From an uncultured Ruminococcus sp. (GTDB lineage Bacteria > Bacillota > Clostridia > Oscillospirales > Ruminococcaceae), in contig CASDUD010000162.1 in NCBI GenBank assembly GCA_949283725.1, positions 1-52,436 of the forward strand: a DNA stretch of 52,436 nt, written 5' to 3'. The position numbers and the translations under genes are program-made. The notes beneath the pieces were generated by a model that was not told the origin of the DNA, made no database searches, and was given only the letters and a program-made list of their open reading frames with translations. This document shows, in pieces, positions 49,011 to 52,436 of the stretch. How positions within the stretch are numbered: position 1 is the stretch's first letter; each line of letters starts with the position of its first letter.

Positions 49011-50494
49011 CGAACCCAACGATACGCCATTTTGCGCCCGATGCCTATCGGGAACACCCGCTGAAAATTTTGCAATACAGTGCCAAAAACCTCTGGCTAT
49101 TGATTTTTCCGCTTCTGCGGACGCTGCGGTTCTACCCCTTTTCCCTACAAAATCTCATTGATTGGGGAGCGGGCGCATGGTTTGACCTATTGGTGGCGCT
49201 TCTGATTTTGGGCATTGGCACGCTGCGCTGGCAGGCATGTCTCTTTGAATTTGACGAAATCTCCATTCGCTACCAGTCTGGGATTCTGCTCCAACGAGGC
49301 AAGGAAATTTCCCTTGACCGCATTGCCGTTTCGGTGGAAGAGCATTCCATCTATCTACGCCCCTTCCGGGCGGTGCGCCTACAGATCAGTACCGCTGCCG
49401 ATGCCATACCAGAGGCAGACTTGACCATGATCCTGCGGCTGCGAGACCTGCACAAAATGCGTCAGGTCATCCCCGTGCTGCAAAATGACAGTGCCCAGTC
49501 CACCGCCTATCGCACACCCACCTGGCGTGTCTTACTTTTTTCCGCCCTGTTTTCCAGCAGTTTTTCTGGTGCCATTTACCTCGCTACGCTATTTTTTCAG
49601 GGCGGACGCATTGTCTCCGATTTGCTGGCGCAATTCCAGGCGCAACAGCTTCTGGAAGACGCAGCCAACCGTGCCACCTCCACCTTTCATGGCGTACCCC
49701 GTATGGCTGTCATCATCGGCATTGTCGTGCTGGCACTATGGCTGCTTTCCTTTCTACGCAATCTGCTGCGATATGCCCGATTTCGCATCCGGCTGGGTTC
49801 TACCTTTTTCTCTATCCATGCCGGTCTACTCACACGGCGGCATTATCATCTGCGGGATACTGCCATTGTCTTTCCAGATCTGCGGCAAAATCTCATTATG
49901 AAAATCTGCGGCATGGTATCCCTGCACATCCGATGCCCCGGCTATGGCAGCCGACGTGACAAGCTGCCCGTACTCATCCCGCTGGTGCGCAAAAAGACTT
50001 CGCATCAGCTGCTGGAAAAATTCCACACCTTTCCCATCACGACACCCACCCAAATTTATGGGAAGTCCCCTCTGCGTTTTTTCTGGTCATTCGTCTGGCC
50101 GCCGGTACTTGCTCTATGCGCACTTCTGCCCACCAGATGGCTTCTGCTACAGCTGTTGCCCCAGTTTGCAGAGATGATTCGTTTTTTTACCCTGATGCTG
50201 TTCATTCCGATGCTTTGGCTGCTGTGCATTCGGGTTGTCTCCCTGTTTACGCAATACATCGCCATGGACGACGCATATGTGCAGATGCATTTCTGCCGCT
50301 GGTTTACCTTTCACACCATCACAGTCCGCCGGGAACATATCATTCGAACAGACATTGTCCAAACACCTTTCCAGAAACAGTATGGCGTCTGTCACCTCTA
50401 TTTTGTTTGCAATGGTCCCCGTCAAGAACGGTATAAGCTTACCGCTATCCCCGAAGAAACAGCGCGCATCATCCTCAGCCGTCTGAGTCAATGA
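49007..50494 (+). CDS. YdbT-like membrane protein with repeated bacterial PH domains
   Basis: Three units of TM pair plus PH-like domain (YQSGILLQR...; HAGLLTRR...; IVQTPFQK). AAGGAGG RBS. Confidence 0.75.
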   Translation: MTNPTIRHFAPDAYREHPLKILQYSAKNLWLLIFPLLRTLRFYPFSLQNLIDWGAGAWFDLLVALLILGIGTLRWQACLFEFDEISIRYQSGILLQRGKEISLDRIAVSVEEHSIYLRPFRAVRLQISTAADAIPEADLTMILRLRDLHKMRQVIPVLQNDSAQSTAYRTPTWRVLLFSALFSSSFSGAIYLATLFFQGGRIVSDLLAQFQAQQLLEDAANRATSTFHGVPRMAVIIGIVVLALWLLSFLRNLLRYARFRIRLGSTFFSIHAGLLTRRHYHLRDTAIVFPDLRQNLIMKICGMVSLHIRCPGYGSRRDKLPVLIPLVRKKTSHQLLEKFHTFPITTPTQIYGKSPLRFFWSFVWPPVLALCALLPTRWLLLQLLPQFAEMIRFFTLMLFIPMLWLLCIRVVSLFTQYIAMDDAYVQMHFCRWFTFHTITVRREHIIRTDIVQTPFQKQYGVCHLYFVCNGPRQERYKLTAIPEETARIILSRLSQ

Positions 50495-50499
50495 ATCAG

Positions 50500-50624
50500 A
50501 AAAAACCGATCCAGCGTGTGTAAACGCATGGATCGGTTTTTTAGATATTAAGCGGCATAAAGGAACCCCTGAGCCAATCATGTCACATTTCCGGGATAGA
50601 ACCTGCTAAGCATTTGCAGATCAG
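50500..50624. repeat. ~125-bp non-coding direct repeat, copy 1 (includes a bidirectional terminator at 50500-50542)
   Basis: Aligns with 52272-52396, e.g. GATCCAGCGTGTGTAAACGCA and GTCACATTTCCGrGATAGAACCTGCTAAGCATwTGCAGATCAGA. Confidence 0.9.
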
Positions 50625-50629
50625 AAGAG

Positions 50630-50706
50630 TGGTGAGCCATCAGGGACTCGAACCCGAAACCGACCGGTTATGAGCCGATAGCTCTAACCAACTGAGCTAA
50701 TGGCCC
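50630..50706 (-). tRNA. tRNA-Ile2(CAU), lysidine type, with several non-canonical pairs
   Basis: GGGCCATTAGCTCAGTTGGTTAGAGCTATCGGCTCATAACCGG...GGTTCGAGTCC...CACCA. The CAT anticodon sits in an Ile2-like body, without the initiator GGG/CCC anticodon stem. Confidence 0.85.
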
Positions 50707-50846
50707 GAAAAAGGAAAAGGTGCAATCGAGGAGAACGACTGCAACGAATGCCGACTACTGGATGTGAGGATTCCGGGAAAGAGTGGGGGCAAAGGACGCA
50801 AAGCCCCTTTCTAGCCTCTAGCTTCTAACCACTAGCAGCGCTGCAC

Positions 50847-51470
50847 CTACTCTTTCGCCGCCGCACGCCTTCTCCAGGCAAAATCATGCCGCCACCGGAC
50901 ATACAGGCTTCGGGTGCGATACATCCGCCGAAAGCTGTGGACAAAATCCCACGCCATCACCACAAGCCAGATCCCACCAATCCACCTTGCCCACCCGATG
51001 GGGAGCTTCTGTAAGAGTCCCATCAGCGGCTCGAATCCACACCCCATAAACCAGGTGATCAACAGAGCAAACCCCAGGCTGGTGGGAATCGAGGTGTAGC
51101 GGGTGATGTGCAAGGGCAGACGACTGTAGTCCCAGTAGGCAAAGCCGCAAACCCGCTCAACCGCCTTGCCGAGACAGATCTCCCCCAGGCTTACCGCCAG
51201 AAAGGCCGCCAGGAAATACAACACCACCTGTTGCTCGATCGGACGGTGCGCCAGTGACAGCCACAGCAGGTGCATCCGCCCTGGCACCCCCAGACACAGA
51301 TAAAACGCCGCCAGCGCCAAGCCATAGCCCAGCAAAAAAGGCAGGATCATGTTCCGGTTGTCCACAAAGCCCCGGGTCACCAGTACCCAGATGTTCTCCA
51401 AACAAAAGCCCAAAAAAGAAACCACGCCAAGCATCAGCAACAGTGCCCCAATGTCGTATTCCAGCCCCAC
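50847..51470 (-). CDS. Putative ABC-transporter-permease-like membrane protein (CmpB/DUF1113-like)
   Basis: SFLGFCLE, NRNMILPFLLGYG, YWDYSRLPLHI. About 5 TM helices. GTG start with AAGGAGG RBS. Confidence 0.75.
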   Translation of the reverse strand: MGLEYDIGALLLMLGVVSFLGFCLENIWVLVTRGFVDNRNMILPFLLGYGLALAAFYLCLGVPGRMHLLWLSLAHRPIEQQVVLYFLAAFLAVSLGEICLGKAVERVCGFAYWDYSRLPLHITRYTSIPTSLGFALLITWFMGCGFEPLMGLLQKLPIGWARWIGGIWLVVMAWDFVHSFRRMYRTRSLYVRWRHDFAWRRRAAAKE

Positions 51471-51485
51471 AAAAAGTCCTCCTTC

Positions 51486-51604
51486 TTGACACGCCTGAAA
51501 AATCCAGGTATACTATTCTTATCGGACATGACAATTGTAACACCAAAGAGGTGGTCAAGTCAATAGGATTTCCATCGGCGTGAACAAATTCCGACAATTT
51601 GTCG
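51486..51604. promoter_or_regulatory. Face-to-face promoters and candidate TetR operator(s)
   Basis: Plus strand TTGACA-17-TATACT (51486-51514). Minus strand TTGACT-18-TACAAT (51534-51563). Palindrome CGACAA-T-TTGTCG (51592-51604) and related TGACAATTGTAA (51529-51540). Confidence 0.55.
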
Positions 51605-51629
51605 CACCCGATGCAAGGAGGTAAAGCCC

Positions 51630-52229
51630 ATGACAACAGATAAGCGTGGCCGCAGCCAGGAGGGGCTGCGCCAGTCCAACGCCGAATCCAACCGGATCAC
51701 AAAGGAGTCCCTTCAACTGGCGCTGATCTATCTCATGGAACAAAAGCCCTTTGAGAAGATCACCATCACCGAGCTGGCGCAGAAGGCTGGCGTGTCCCGG
51801 ACGGCGTTTTACCGGAATTATGACAGCAAGGAGGGTCTGCTGCAAGAGATCTGTACCGGCATCACCCGGATGCTCCGGCAATCGCTGCGTTCTCAACAAT
51901 TTCTGACGGCGCCAATAGCCTGGTATGCCCAGTGGTTTCAAACCATACAAGACAATGCGGCGGTGGTGCGGCTGCTTGGCAAGGCGAATTTGTTTGAGGA
52001 CAGCATCCGTGGTACCAAGTCGCTTCTGGAGGAGACCTTCCCCTCGGATTCGCCTGAGCAGCACTATTGCTACGTGACCATGGAGGGGGCTCTGTTCGCT
52101 GTGGTCTCCCACTGGCTGGCCGGCGGCATGGAAGAAAGCGTCGCATTTATGGCGGATTTCTGCACCCGGCTCCATGCACAGGTCTTTTCCAACTCTGGCC
52201 GGGAAGCTCCACCGGCAAAGGACGCATAG
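51630..52229 (+). CDS. TetR/AcrR-family transcriptional regulator
   Basis: HTH FEKITITELAQKAGVSRTAFYRNYDSKEGLL. AAGGAGG RBS. Confidence 0.93.
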   Translation: MTTDKRGRSQEGLRQSNAESNRITKESLQLALIYLMEQKPFEKITITELAQKAGVSRTAFYRNYDSKEGLLQEICTGITRMLRQSLRSQQFLTAPIAWYAQWFQTIQDNAAVVRLLGKANLFEDSIRGTKSLLEETFPSDSPEQHYCYVTMEGALFAVVSHWLAGGMEESVAFMADFCTRLHAQVFSNSGREAPPAKDA

Positions 52230-52271
52230 ACGCAATAAGCATCCCCCGGCAAATCCGGGTTTTCTAAATAC

Positions 52272-52396
52272 AAAAAAACGATCCAGCGTGTGTAAACGCA
52301 AGGATGGATTTTTTAGAATATAAGGAGCAAAAAGGAACCACTGAACCAATCACGTCACATTTCCGAGATAGAACCTGCTAAGCATATGCAGATCAG
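52272..52396. repeat. ~125-bp non-coding direct repeat, copy 2 (no adjacent tRNA)
   Basis: Diverged copy of 50500-50624. Confidence 0.9.
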
Positions 52397-52436
52397 AGGA
52401 AAGGAACGACAGTGCAATCAGCGCACCGGAAAGGTT

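Noticed and set aside
50630-50706. tRNA-Met (initiator or elongator)
   Set aside because: The body resembles Ile2-type tRNAs and lacks initiator features (no 1:72 mismatch, no three G-C pairs of the GGG/CCC type). An isotype model would be decisive.
52397-52436. rRNA gene end at the right edge
   Set aside because: No recognisable 5S, 16S or 23S sequence inside the window; a nearby operon is only a hypothesis.

Overview
Mostly core chromosome of a Firmicute, probably a Ruminococcus-like member of the Oscillospiraceae (inferred from protein similarity and sigmaA promoters). Genes in order: nusA (cut off at the left edge), rimP, glgB, fba, a lipoprotein, nnrD, a GH94 phosphorylase, an M15B D,D-carboxypeptidase, two BspA-type LRR surface proteins behind glmS, serA/serC, an isolated phage-type replisome-organizer plus DnaC-like ATPase pair next to tRNA-Gln, a third LRR lipoprotein cluster behind typA, tRNA-Tyr/Thr, a YtrA-type GntR/ABC operon with a small uncalled membrane ORF, asnB, two ftsH paralogues around luxS, hpt-tilS-dnaB-rplI-gdpP-rnj, an Ala/Gly symporter, a YdbS/YdbT-like pair, tRNA-Ile2(CAU), a CmpB-like membrane protein and TetR. 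No CRISPR array, integrase, transposase or rRNA was found. Most notable: (1) the stand-alone phage-type initiator/loader module with internal iteron-like repeats, possibly domesticated; (2) two families of short palindromic dispersed repeats, one with matching 3-bp TNA flanks that often coincide with stop codons; (3) an ~870-nt structured leader upstream of rnj; (4) a structured glmS leader lacking the canonical ribozyme core; (5) a ~125-bp duplicated non-coding cassette, once with an atypical tRNA-Ile2 and once without. All calls come from reading the sequence; no searches were run.
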